In this document: piece by piece, positions 49,111 through 62,169 of the stretch
Position numbering within the stretch: the first letter of the stretch is position 1
Layout of the letters: each line of letters begins with the position of its first letter
From: Marsupella aquatica
Lineage: Eukaryota > Plantae > Marchantiophyta
DNA: 64,000 bases
Assembly: GCA_973895155.1 (NCBI GenBank)
Contig: OZ316894.1
Span: 4,488,944 to 4,552,943 of the forward strand
Direction of reading: 5' to 3'
Position numbers and translations under genes: made by a program
Notes under the pieces: model-generated
Databases searched by the model: none
The model's input: only the letters and a program-made list of their open reading frames with translations
What the model was told of the DNA's origin: nothing

Positions 49111-50713
49111 GTGATCGATTTTATGATTTACAGGTATATGTAATTATGGTGCTGTTGTGCTGACTTGGACCTAGTCCATGACCCCATGTGAAGTAATTGA
49201 TCTACAACTGGACAAGAGGGAAGACGCTGCTCCTGATGTTCTTCCATGAGAACAATTTAGCAGCAATATAGGTGAGTGACATGTCTACACCAACCGTTCG
49301 TACAGTACTCTTCATATCGTCTTGGACGTGACTTATCGTGCTTTCCAGTGTGACATCTACACTCACCGCATATATGGATGTGAGCATAATCATCTGCTTA
49401 TTCCAACTCTCAGGAGCAGCGTCATCCCTTTACATTCAGAACTTACCTTTCCATGCTCCGAGTCGGTATTAGCTCGATATGCTGGCTGAATGACTTGGCT
49501 ACGTGGTTTCTACGATACGGGATATCTGTCGGTTGGAAATTCGGATGTCTGATGCTGTTTGAACAAAGCTTTCACTTTCAGACTTTCTATGCCAAAATGC
49601 CAGAGGGCTTGAAGACGAGAAAACTCAACAGTGGAACTCACTGCGTGTGGAGCCAGGGAAGAGTTTTTCCAAAGATCACTGTCCATCGCCTTGCCCTTAA
49701 TTTCACTTCCTCGGTCAATCTAGAGTGATTGTGATCCGCACGTATGGCAGCTCGAAAGTTTCCCCTTAGACGATTCTGTGGTGGTTCTTGGGGGAGGGGG
49801 GCTCTTTCAGCTTGCCTGTAACTTCGAAGTGTGCCATTGCGATACGTGTATGGAAATGTACGTCTCGATAGGTGTCAATTGTGATTGCAACTGCTCTGTT
49901 CATGAACTTCAAGATTTACATCATGCCAAGGTGAATAATGTTAAAGAGTTGATTAATTGATGTCGACTGATTCATTGAGCATCCAACAAACATCAAGCTG
50001 ATCATTTCCATCCTGTTCACCACCCAGCTACCCTCTTGCTCACCACAAGACAGACGGGAGCAAAAATAGTGATGGACCTGAAGTACTAAGCAGGCCAGAT
50101 GCTGTACAACTGCCTGATACACAATTCTACAATATTTTAAACTGCCAGAGAATGATTGGTATAGATTGTGGTTCTGGGAATGGCGCATGCTCACGGACAG
50201 AGCGTCAATGATGTACAGAAGATGTAAATGAAAACTGAGTTCCCTCCTCCATGAGGACAGCATGAAGCTCCAGCTAAATACATGGAACTCTTAGAAGCTT
50301 GGCAATCTACCTTCCAAGTGCTTTACAGAGGAGCATGTGACTCACTCCTACTCGCCCCTCTGCAAACCTTGGTTCATATCAATACACTGAATTCAAAAGA
50401 ATGAGTATAGAACGTGTAACGAGCCGTAAGTACCCTTCGGTGGGGTTGACCGCCTGTTCAGTGGAGGACTGAGTTGGATTGAGAGAATTGCAACTCTTCT
50501 GGCAACAGAGGATCCTCTGCGTTCCCCTGGCGTACCCTGTCTCTTATGGAGCCTTCTCCAATCTGTTCACATATGGCCAGACGTTTCACAAGGCTAGCAG
50601 ATGCTGTAAACAACCTTAAGCTCCATCCTAGCCACACACAAGATCGGACAACGATGAGAGAATCTCATCCCTTGACAGTTACGGGAGTGGTATCCACTCA
50701 ACAAGAAAAGGCT

Positions 50714-53700
50714 TCAAGGCACGCTGTATTGCGCTCGGAACCTTTCCCACTGCTGAAGGACGGCAGCTTGCAGTGCTTTGTGCTCTATCTCCTCTGCCGT
50801 TTGATTTAATGACAAAGTTGAAGGTTCTTTAGGTGGCTTCATTCCGGAAATCAGTTCACCATCGTCCTCCTCTGCTTCTGGTTCTGGTTCCGGGGAAGCG
50901 ACCACAACCTTTGGAATGGCCAATAACTCCAAGGATTTCTTCAATTTATTGGCGGCAGCAACTTCCATTTCTTCATCGGACACAACACGGACTTCTCCAT
51001 CTGTCAAACTATCCAGCCACTCTTGCAACGACCCTTGAATTTCCTTCAACAAAGTGGGTGATGATGCTCGCAGCACAAACTTACAGATCACTGTGTTGGT
51101 CTCCTCGCCCAAGTCACCGCTCACCTCACTAGCTCCAAAAATGATCATTCCAACGAAGTCCCCATACCACGACTTGGCAGAATAGCATAGCTGTAACCAC
51201 CCACAAGGCACTTCTAACCATTAGTGACAACACAAGGCTTCCACCACCTGAAGTTCGAACACTAGATGAACAGGAAACTATTTTCCTAGAATGTAAAATC
51301 GATGAAAACAGCTCAGATGCGAGTAGCAACAGCAGAATGTTTCTAGAGATTGAGAATATTTACAGCTTACTGATTAGAAGGGACGCCACCTATTCGAAAC
51401 CATCCGGGTAAGCTTTGTAGATTACAGCCTAGAGAGCGTAAATGACAAACAATAGCTGACGAGCCGAGTCAGCCTTAGGGAGAGTTCTTCACCTGAAAAC
51501 CAGCAACCGTTTGCAGAATATGTGAGCAAACTCTGTGAAATGGTTTTGAAGCAAGGCCCTTGAAACCTGCTAGGAAAGGAGGGATGCCACCGTCCTTGCT
51601 TCCTCCCAGTTTCAGTTCGCCAACTTCATAGGTGTAAGCACCTATGTACTCCACAATAGCAGGCAAGCTGGGCCATATGCGGAAGAACTCAACTGGGGAA
51701 CACAAATGAGGTACCAACAGCTCGATGAGGGGAACCCAGTAGGTTTGGCAGCGGAGTATGACTGGTTCGCCATAATCTGGAGCCAAACTCTTACGAATTC
51801 TGACTCCGTGGATTCCCTCTTCTTCCACGTCTAGTTGCTCATCACCATTCGTATTAGCTGCAACTCCAAACTGAGGATAGTACAACATTTGTACACCAAG
51901 TCCACATCGTTCAAATCTTGATACGCCCACAGTCACACTGCAGCTTACTGGAGCCTGCATACAAGAATCTTGATTCATGTCAACACGATTTTACCACGGG
52001 AATACTTCGTTTTACGAACTACGAGGAATGTGAAAGTAACCCGAAATTATTAATGAAGTCATGCTAAGCATTGTGATATTGAAACCCAAGGTCCCCAAAA
52101 TCAGTCCCCAACAGAATGAACGGGCAATTGTATCCATCTGGGTAGATCTGAACCAACTACACGGCAGCCGAGATATTGTCTCCAACCTGAGAGTTGAGAT
52201 TTTGAAGTTGGCGCACAGCTTGAGGATGATTATCCATAAATTGCAAGGCACCCACTAACCCCACACGGACATCCACTCTCCTCAACTCTTGCTCTGTCAT
52301 ATTTATTACCTGCAAAGTTGGGACCCAGTTTCATAGCAATCATGCACAGGTCTCAAACAAAAGGAAATATAGTTTGATAATTTCCCAAATTTTAATACAC
52401 TGGCTTACTGACAACGAATAGTAGATAAGGTTCGATACCTTCAGGTGAAGTGTCAATCTCTTCTCATGTGCGTCAACCAAATGATATGCTTCCACATAGC
52501 AAGGATCACTGCTACCCGATAGGCATAATGAATTCGGTGGTGGCTTTAAGAAGGCTCCACCAGGACCCTTTGCAGTAAGCACGGCTAATTCACTTGGAGG
52601 GGGCCTCCACAGATCCTGCACGGCTGTATGAACAGCGTCTTCCAGCCTTCTATCTTGTCCGGCGGACTCATCGAAGAACTCAACAGACAGTTTGTGATGC
52701 GTGAACGGGTAATCTCCTGTTGCTTGACCACCTCCTACCCATCTGCATGACCACGACAAACCAACTCAGATATTACTTCCCTTCGTGCATTCTAGCATGG
52801 CTCCGCAACCTACTCCTCCATAGACAGCTGGTGAAAATTGATCGTCCGAGGCCACATTTGTCAAGCCCAGGCATTATAGGGAAACTCAGCAGGTGAAGAT
52901 CACATTTTCTATTTCTTCCGACGACTAATTCAACGTGGAAACGAGATAAAGTATCTTACCTTGATTCAGGATGTTTGTTGAGATACTTAAATACTTGAAG
53001 AATAAGTCTAACTTGGTGTTTATTGACGGAGTCGGACAGATTGCTGGCTCTGAATTCCTCCATCTCTTTCGTCAGCAATTGCCTTGCTCTCACATTTCGA
53101 GAGCCTAGGTGCTGTGAGCATACAAGGATCGCCTGCACATCCTGAAGCCTATTCGTGGCAGCCATTATGAGATTGTCCACATTGAACAGAACAGTGTGAA
53201 TGTGATCCACCATAATGTTCAGGGGATCATCAGGATCGTCAGCCAAGAGTGGATCTAAGCCTTCCAGATCAAAATGCTCCGCCAGGGCCCATATTATGCG
53301 TGACCGAACCCTTACAGTCGTCGCCTACGTTTTCCATAAAATAAAAGTCAGCTAAAATTCATTATGTGATTATTTGGTCCATTTGAATGTAAACAAAGCA
53401 GCCTTATAAAACGGAACAAACAACTCAGTGTCTTAAAACATTCCAGGTGAAGGTCTATGTTCTGCATCAAAGACTCCACTGCGTTTGCATCTAATACCAT
53501 CCGCGACTGTTGTATTTCATCCCCGTAGCTATGTTCATCCCTGTGGCTATGCCTGGTAAACCCTCATTGAAGAGATTGACCAATCACAGAATACTGCGCA
53601 GTAACTACGGGAATCATTGCAAGGTAGCAGAGCAATTCCGTGAAGAAGCTTTGAGTGGATTCTACATGTCTGGCGGATGGGAATATAAAGGAAATCGAGA

Positions 53701-55443
53701 GGTTGAGTGAAGTACCTCGGCAAGATCCCTCACGAGAAGCCTCTGCAAGGCCTGTAATCTAGTCTCGGCCAACACTTGCTCAGGTGAAGCGCCATCCTTG
53801 GCCTTTTTAACACCGCCCCGGGTATCATAGATGTGGCACAACCGCACCAACAGCTTCAAATAGCAATCAATGGCATACAATCGACCGTCGCAATTCCACT
53901 TCACGCATGGTCTGCACACCTCTACCACCTCCAATGCTGACTGGGTCCAATTCAAAACCTCATTTCCTGTTCCATAAGCCAAAGCCCCAATTGCCCTGCT
54001 TTCCACAGCCGCATTTTTCATCCTCGGTAAAGGTAGAGAGAGCTGAAAACAACTCTCCACCAATGTGGCGACCAGTTCTTCCCTGAACTTACTGTTGGAG
54101 GTCAGATTGTGTAGATCGTCCATAGTCATGGGATCCTCAAAGAGAGATGTGACATCCGTCCCTGGTAGCGGTTTCTGACCCCTTCTCACACTCTCTTTCG
54201 AGAAGAGATCCACACACAGTGCCGTCCGGCAAATACAAGCCAAAGCATGCATCCGATCGGATTCCACCCTCAAATTCCTAACCATGACAAGCAACCGCTT
54301 GAAGAGAGCCACCTGCATATGGAGATCCAACAGCTGCAAGTTTTTTACCGCCGCACGCACAATGCTCTCTCTGCCAGCTCTGAATTCCTGCCTGTCCCAC
54401 AAAGTCAGCAATGCCATAACAGGAGCGGAGGCCCATTCAGGCTTACCACCAGGCACATCTGCCAGGGAGAGAAGATTAATCCCCACCTCAAAAATGAGAG
54501 CTGGATCCAGAGAAGAGAGAAAGGGCATGAAATGGGACACTACATCCGAAACTCCAAGGCTTCTCTCCGCATTGACAAATTCTCTGTCCTCCAAAGGACT
54601 CCTGGGGCTCCCTTGATTCCCAGTCAGCGTCTGCATTTCCTCCACAAGCCCAGTCGCCACAGCCTTGACAGCAAACACGAGTGGATATACCGTTGCCCTG
54701 AAGTTCTCCACGGGGAGAATTAGAGATCTAGCCATGAGAAGGTCCCGTTTCTCCCAAACAAACCGGCACATTGTGGAAACCCATGCGGATCTAATAGATA
54801 GAGCTGCTTCACTGGGAATGAGCTTATCACCTGCCAACCTACTCAACCTCTTGGTGGAGAACTCCATGAACAACCTCCCCACCCCCTCGCACGCCACCTT
54901 GCTCACCGCATCAGATGGATCCAGCATGCTGTCCCCTATTTGCTTCCACCAAGTAGAAACCCTCTCGAGGAGAGTCCCATTGGATTCACAAAGCGTGACG
55001 ACGTCGTCTCTCGCGAGGAGACAGCCCAGAGTCTCCACCACATTGTATCGGAGGTTGGGATGGTCGCTACCGATGGCGTTCGAGATGTCTTTACTGCAAT
55101 CGATGATCATTTTGCCCAGGCGCCAGGAGGGGATGGCTGCCAGGATGGAGACGGCTGCGGCGGTGACATCAGGATCGGGGAAATCGAAATCGTTCTTCAC
55201 TCCTCGGCAGACTATCTCCCATTGATCGGCTGTGAGACGAGTGGAGCGGATGAGATCGAACGCCAGCTTCTTGCAAACGGCGCTCGCCGGGCTGGCGATG
55301 ATCTCCTCGCAGGCCGTCCGGGAGAGGGACGAGATGTCCTTCCCTGCCGCACTGAACTGGAGGGCTGCGAGAAGCGCCTGAGCTTGCCGAAGCCCATCGT
55401 TTGACGAGAGATCTGCTCGGATCTGTGCAAACACCTGATCCAT
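50714..55443 (-). CDS. TPLATE: TPLATE, adaptin-like core subunit of the TPLATE/TSET endocytic complex, ~1152 aa
   Basis: Diagnostic N-terminus MDQVFAQIRADLSSNDGLRQ...SPASAVCKKLAFDLIRSTRLT. Exons 53716-55443, 52960-53324, 52439-52742, 52187-52309, 51493-51954 and 50714-51190 splice in frame. Confidence 0.96.
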
Positions 55444-56059
55444 CTCGGGCCCTCCTCCTCCTCCTCCTCGTCACTCTCAAACCTTACTCCTCACTCTTTC
55501 TCTCTCTTCCCTCTCGAAAGAGCGAATCAATCAAATTCCTATAATCAATCAATCAGTCCGACCTAAAAACTACACAATCTCTAAATTTCGACCTCCATTT
55601 CCATTTGACCTGAGCTCCACGCCCATCTGTCAATCATTTGCCGAGCTCTCGGTGATGTAATCAAATCATGGGTCCTTCCTCTTTACTTCACCGGATCGTT
55701 CCTGCGTTCCCACCTTCCTTCCCTAGCTCCTATTTCTCACCGCCTCAGAAGATCTGCTGATGAGGATTTTGCCTTCCTCTTCGTCCAAGCCATCGATTCC
55801 GCGACTCCATCACAGTGGCACCCGACTTCTTAGCTCGGCCTGAATCCATCTCTGTTCTCGATGTTACAGTTCTGCGTTGTGGGTTCAATCCGGATCGGAG
55901 TAAGTCGTTAATTGTGAGTAGAGTTCAGTTGAATCCAGCGATGGTGGCAGTCATTGAGCTTCTTTCTTCCTCCAAATGCGCTGTGTTGAAGTTCACCTGC
56001 ATAGGCTTTTCTTCTTGTGTCATGATAAGGGTCTTGTTCTGCTGGCTGACGGTGTGACA

Positions 56060-56500
56060 GGAGCCGCCTGACATGTAAGTGTAGAACTGGGCCGGAGCCA
56101 CCTGACATGTAAGTGTAGACTGGGCCGGAGCCCCCTGACATGTAATTTGGAACTGGGCCGAAGCAGCCTGACATGTAATTCTGGACCTGGGCTGGAGCTG
56201 TGCTGGCTGATGGTTTGACAGTAAGGGACCAGACTGGGAGCTCTGACATGTAAGTGTGGAACTGGGCCGGAGCTGTCTAATGTGTAAGATTGAACTGAGC
56301 CTACATCACCTGATATCTAAGCTTGGAGCTGGGCCAGAGCCACTTGACATGTTAGTTTGGAACTGGGCTGCAGACACTTGACATGTAAGTTTGAAACTAG
56401 GCCCAAGCGGCCTCACATGTAAGCTTGGAATTGGGCTGAAGTAGCGCCACATGTAAGTGTGGAACTGGGCTGGAGCTACCTCACATGTAAGTTTAGAAGT
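56060..56500. repeat. ~33-bp minisatellite (CTGACATGTAAGTGTGGAACTGGGCCGGAGC), about 12 copies
   Basis: ACATGTAA and ACTGGGC recur at ~33-bp spacing upstream of TPLATE. Confidence 0.9.
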
Positions 56501-56503
56501 AGG

Positions 56504-56847
56504 TGTTAAGTATAGACAACATTCGTAACTGCAAGCCCATGAACTATCCAACGTACAAGAGTCGACACAGAGAGATACGTGGTTCACCTCCACATGAGGC
56601 TACATCCACGGGAACACACAAGAATTTACTGTACTCTAGGCCGAATGGCCATACCAAGTATCCACAGCACAAGCTCTCCCTATCTCTCAACTAGCTCCGT
56701 AACAATGAGCCTTAGTCTCACCCAGGGTCTGGCATCAGCCCTGGCTATATACACAACAACACTATCGCTAACATTAGCTAAGTCCTAACCCAAGTTAGAC
56801 TAATTGTGGTTAGCTCATAAGTCACAAGACTAGAGCAATATCTAACA
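56504..56847 (-). mobile_element. Solo LTR related to the copia element at 36-42 kb
   Basis: TG...CA ends and TSD GTAGG on both sides. Shares ACACAGAGAGATACGTGGTTCACCTCCACATGAGGCTAC with the full element's LTRs. Confidence 0.93.
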
Positions 56848-57290
56848 GTAGGTTGGAACATGGAAACTCAGACCACTGGGGTGTGCCCGAAATGTGTCAG
56901 TTCTACATCTTACACATAGCTTTGATTAAGTTACTACAGAGCATCAAACTTTTTTGTCATTGACATCTAGAGGATGAGGTTGTACACCTTGCGCTGAGCT
57001 TCGATGGGTTTATAGCAATTAGAGCATCCCCACGGATGCATTATTAGCGACTCAATAGGGTGTCTCAAATATTGGAAAAAAACCTACCTCACATGCATCC
57101 CACGATGCACTCAGGCGCACTGGAACTAGGTATAGTCGGGTAGTGATATTTTTGGGCTCTCAAATTTGAGAAAGGTTGCAGCAGTCTGTGAAAATTGCAA
57201 GGTGAGTCAATGAACACACTGAAACTAGGTCCTCTCCTCATAGCAGTCATCCCTCAGTTTTGATCACGACTCCCATGTGTGACTGGTCGG

Positions 57291-57631
57291 TGTTAGGTAT
57301 TTATTCTTAGTTTAGGGTTACTCCTGTGATCGTAGTTAGGGCTTACCTTAGTCGCAGACTATGTTAGGTAACTATGTTGCACACTACATCCCAAACGGTG
57401 CTTGGATAGTAAGAACTTAGGCTCATTGTTATGGAGCTAGTTGAGAGATAGGGAGATCTTGTATTGTGGAGACTCAGTATAGCTGACGGGCCTACAGTGC
57501 AATAAAGCTCTCATGTGTTCCTGTGGACGTAGCCTTAGTTGAGGTTAAACACGTATCTCTCTGTGTTGCCTCTAACTTGTGCGTTGGATGGTTCATGGGC
57601 TTGTCATTGTGAATGTCGTCTTTGCTCAACA
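57291..57631 (+). mobile_element. Second, more diverged solo LTR in opposite orientation
   Basis: TGTTAGG...CTCAACA, TSD GTCGG on both sides, reverse-complement match to the copia LTR. Confidence 0.9.
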
Positions 57632-58800
57632 GTCGGGCCTCACTTTCAATGCTCGACCAATCATTCCCGATGCCTCGGGTTACAACACTCCCGGACAAGG
57701 TCACGCGCTAAAATTCATTGCATTTGATACGCCCTAGTATTGGCCTTGATGGTAAGGCAAGTGGCGTCCATACTTATATTTGGCAAAGAGCGGTTGGAAC
57801 AAAGCCCGCCCAAATCATTACTCCCTATAGATACATTATGTCCATTTCTTTGTTGCTATAGCCATCCAGGTGTCTTGAGAGTGGACTATTGCTCCCGTCC
57901 ACAACATTTAGCAAGAATGGGCAGGCACTGCTACTACATGCCCAAACTCGCCAATTCTGGTGCGTGGGAGGCAACTTCTACTAGATAGGACTCCAAGGTT
58001 TCAATTCTATAGGTCCTAGTATTGTAAAACTGGTTTCCCAAGCCAATCACACTAAAGTTGTCCCTTGGAATCTTTAGTACAAAAAGACATATCAAACCTT
58101 CTCCCGTCATTGACATGTAGAAGTCAGGGGTAGCACATCTTGCACAAACCTTCCATACCTTTGCCAAGGAATAAACCTTCTCCCATCATTGACATGTATT
58201 ATCGGGTTTGAATCTCTTGTGCCTCCTTCCTAGTGGAGTGCACAACCGCCCCTGCTTTTTGTCTTGTACATACATATTATTACACAATATACTTTTTTTG
58301 ACATACACATCCAAGTTTGGGCACAATCCAAGAGTACAAAACATAAGAGAATGAAATACAAGTGGAATCATGTTTATAGTGGGGTTCACACATGCCCAAA
58401 CCCATTTTAATGTAATTTCCAAGCAATCAATACTAACAATGCACATCTAGTCGTGTCCAACACTATCACACACATATGTCAAGCCTAATCCACTTGGCAG
58501 CCACACTACAGCTGCCAAAGCTTTAGCTTGAAAGGCTCAAAATTGAAAGATGGTCTTTCAAGCCAACACAAAAGGATAACTATGCTCAAAACGTACACAC
58601 ACACTCTAAAATACTCAAATAACACACATCCAAAAATCTCAGCCTAGGTAGCACAATACACTATAGCACCACTCATATCTTTCTATCTTTCTCATACTAC
58701 AATTATGGAGGACTTACCAGCACTCCTGCCCTTGGAACACTCTTGTCGATCTTAAAAAAATTCAATAAAATTAAAAATTAAAAATAAATAAAATTAAAAA

Positions 58801-58803
<3 letters not shown>

Positions 58804-58831
<28 letters not shown>
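58804..58831. repeat. (TA)n microsatellite
   Basis: Direct reading. Confidence 0.9.
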
Positions 58832-58835
<4 letters not shown>

Positions 58836-60685
58836 GGAGTTTTGTGATTGCATTTCAATTATAGAATACGAGCCCTATGCCAGTGCTTTGCACTGTGCAA
58901 GGAGGGCAGGCCCATAGGGATTGGTCGGGGCATTATGGGGCAGCGGGAAGCAAATATGTGATAGGGGTGTACATTTTTCTCATCAATGGTCAGCAAAAAC
59001 AACTAATCAAATCCAACGGCTGTGGATTTTTCGCGGCCAAGAACTTTTTTGTATTGGAACGAAGGACGGAAAAAAGCGGGATCTCTTATTATAGTTATAG
59101 ATACTTGCTGATGCTGGTAGGGCTGAGTGGTAGCTCACTTGAGTATTGACTCATAGGTCTTGGGTTTAAATGTTTCTGTTGCCCCTTTGAGTGGGGCTGG
59201 GTTTGACTGATTTCCCCTAAAGTTAGTAATAAATAAATAAATCTTGGCTGGTGGGGTTTGATGTATTTCCCCTTAAATAAATAGTAAATAAATAAATCTT
59301 CGGCTGCTGACTGCTGCTATACCACAAATAATAGGACTTCCCGTTTGGACCCTTTTCCACACTCAGAAAAGACTAGTAGGGGGACAGAAGAAGAGGAGAG
59401 TTGGCATTCCGTGGCCACGAACGAAGAATTCTTCCCAAAAAGCACAGAGGACAGTATTGTTGATCATCGTAAACCCCTCGTGAATTTTTTTCTTTGTATA
59501 TGTGTACTAGATTATGAGGCATTACCCCCAGGTGAAGCCTCGGAACCCTTGGGCCAGCCTGGCATGGGGATTATGAAATTTGAATGAGAAATAGGGTAAG
59601 TGCAACTGGCAGATAATGATGGATCACATTTTTATTGTTTAAAATTGAACTGAATGTTAAATAAAAATTCACTCTGGCTTTACACTCAATAACTCATCCC
59701 CACTTCGGGATAATGGATGTAACCCGCTCGGGCTCAGCGCCCTCTCGGATTACATACCATTACTCCCTCTCGGGGATGGGTTACCCTACACTTCTTCTGG
59801 TTTCCGTGAAGATTCCATGAAGATCGTCCTTCCACATTCCTCAGCAGCGAGAATTGCGTTCCCACAAAGCACTCCAGGAGTGGGCTTGTTGATCGTGGAG
59901 GAGAGCCCACAAGTGAATGCTTTTGAGGCGGAGCCTCTCGTGGCAGAGCAGATCCTTCGAGTATTGGACCTCCCCACCCCTGGCTTCGAATTCTGTGCTC
60001 CAACTTCTGTGAGTAGCAAGGTATTCGTCTCTGATATGAGGTGGGGACCGAAGAAGGTACGCTCATTCTCTCTAGGACCCACCACTGCGAGGTCGAAAAA
60101 CAAAGTGGCACGACATTAATGTATTGGAATGACATGATCCTAATAGTTTGTGACCATGATTACATGATTTCATTTTTGTGGTCTGGAAGAGTACGCGGTG
60201 CATTGTCACCATGAGTGCCTTGTTTGTCTTTGTAATGATTGATGACCCCTGACTGGGTTTGCTTTCAAGCATGCGGCAAACGCAAATCAAAGCAGAGCAG
60301 TGCAGAGGAGAGGAGCGGAGAGGAGCGGAGAGGAGAGGAGAGGAGCAAGTATTCTAACAACCAGTTTTCCTTTCGCAGGCTGTATGCCAACTGTTATCGC
60401 ATGTCTGAAGGACAAGACGACCTGCCTTGGTGATGGAATTCACAGACCACGGCATCACTCAACGTCAATTGCTGGAGGGCACACAGAGGTCTGCCCTCTG
60501 CCCCACCCGTAATGACACAGCATGACGACCAGCTCAGCGAAAGGAACGGCAATTTGAAGAGATTTAGTGGGGCAGGTCAGAATTGAGGATTGCTGCTTCA
60601 GATTCATCCGGAATTATGCACAATTCGTTCGAATTCTGGAATACCTAGACTCACACACGGGGTTGTAGATATTCAGCACAACTGG

Positions 60686-60801
60686 GGGTGACGGCTTCTT
60701 TACTGCAATTCATACTGGGCTCTACATTGCTGAGAAACTGAGGGTGACGGCTTCTTTACTGCAATTCATACTGGGCTCTACATTGCTGAGAAACTGAGGG
60801 T
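60686..60801. repeat. Perfect 56-bp tandem duplication just upstream of the COA1-like start codon
   Basis: GGGTGACGGCTTCTTTACTGCAATTCATACTGGGCTCTACATTGCTGAGAAACTGA occurs twice. Confidence 0.92.
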
Positions 60802-60853
60802 TTATGGTATAGGGTTTTGGAATTTCGTGTAGAGGCTAGACCTCCGAAGCAGT

Positions 60854-62169
60854 ATGCAGAAATGGAGGAAAGCTGCGTCTCTTGTGAGCAGATTACCAGG
60901 GAATGGATCCAAACCCGGCAAGAGGGGCAATTGGGGTTCCTCAAGCCCTCGACAATTCTCATCAGGGTAGGTGAATGTTTACCCTCGGGGTTTTGACTAA
61001 TTTATGCATGCCTTATGATATGGAGGCGGAGCCTGATTGCTTGTTAGCTTAGAAGTTGCCAGTACTACTAAATTCGTTGGGAAAACAGTTATGCGTTGGC
61101 GCAGGAGTGAAAAAAAGTGAGCAGTACGGTCTGGGTGGCACCGGGGACACAAAGTGGACATCAAATTAAGTAATGGTTCTCTTTGGCACAAAATAAGTCA
61201 AAACAGCTCGGGTTGGATCATGGAGTTTTTGTTTTACAATGCGATGGTTGACAGTTGGTCTTTTGCAGGGTGTCCGAAACCGTCAAAATGTCAGAGACAG
61301 GAGGAAGTAAATCACCATCACAATTTGCTCGAAAAGGTGGAGCTCTCGCCCTATTTGTGGGTACGGGACTGGTTGGCTATAATGTTTTTGATGACATGGT
61401 CATCTACGATCGATGTAGCAGGTAACACCTCATTTGAGTTCTCAATTCTCGGATAAAATAGTGCATCTGAGAACAAATGTAATTTTTCCCCAGTGGATCG
61501 TTGCACCGGAGTGTTTGTTGCATCACGTTCCTCTGAGGACCCACCGGTGGATTGTTCCCCAGTGGATTGTTGCACCGGAGTGTTCGTTCCCCTCTGTCCT
61601 CTGAGGGTCATGATAGTGTGGTTTTTTGGGCGGCTGACCTTCTTACTCTCCTTTCCTTTCCAGTAAGGCAATGGAGACTGCATCACAAGATCCTAGACTG
61701 AAAGAAATTCTTGGAGATGAACTTCAGCGTGGGCCATGGCATTGGTACGAGGCATCACTTGCGGTAGCTCACGAGGGGCATTCTGCTTCCTGCAGTTTCC
61801 CAGTGTCTGGCAGTCACGGAACTGGATCTCTTCACCTCAAGGCAGTTCGACTCAATGGTAAGTCAAAGTGTCAAGACATTTGTTTCATGGCGTTGAGTGT
61901 TTACAGAGGCTGGTTTGGAGGTTGGAGCTGTATTCATCTCGTCTTTTCTATTTTCAGGAAGGAGGGATGGTTTTCTTCCCCGCATGATGGATGGAGGTAA
62001 TTGGGAGGTTCTGATGCTCGAGGCTCTTATTCCATGGTCCAGTGGTGAAAATTCAGTTCAAAGGCTTCAGAGGATCAATCTTATGCAGACAAGCGATGAG
62101 TTAAAGACTGGAGATGGGATTAGTGGAGAAGCTAGCCAGTGCATATCATCCTCATTGCAGGAAGTTTAG
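60854..62169 (+). CDS. Mitochondrial COA1/Tim21-like cytochrome oxidase assembly protein, ~223 aa
   Basis: Exons 60854-60966, 61269-61421, 61664-61857 and 61958-62169 splice in frame. Basic presequence ending RQFSS, one TM segment (GGALALFVGTGLVGY), then WYEASLAVAH..SASCSFPVSGSHGTGSLHLKAVR. Confidence 0.8.

Noticed and set aside
54247-55404. Long plus-strand ORFs over TPLATE exon 1, and repeated antisense ORFs over the NLR exons
   Set aside because: Shadow frames of GC-rich coding sequence; they recur only because the genes are duplicated.
50714-55443. Functional link between TPLATE and the NLR cluster
   Set aside because: Adjacency only; the gene is a normal, intact housekeeping orthologue.
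56060-56500. CRISPR-like appearance of ~33-bp repeats (also 884-1031 and 19840-20330)
   Set aside because: Units are contiguous without unique spacers, there are no cas genes, and the context is eukaryotic.
57019-57040. TTA-GAGCATCCCCA resembling a PIF/Harbinger terminus
   Set aside because: No matching opposite TIR was found.
59734-60135. Three overlapping ~100-130 aa ORFs
   Set aside because: No recognisable motif or splice structure.
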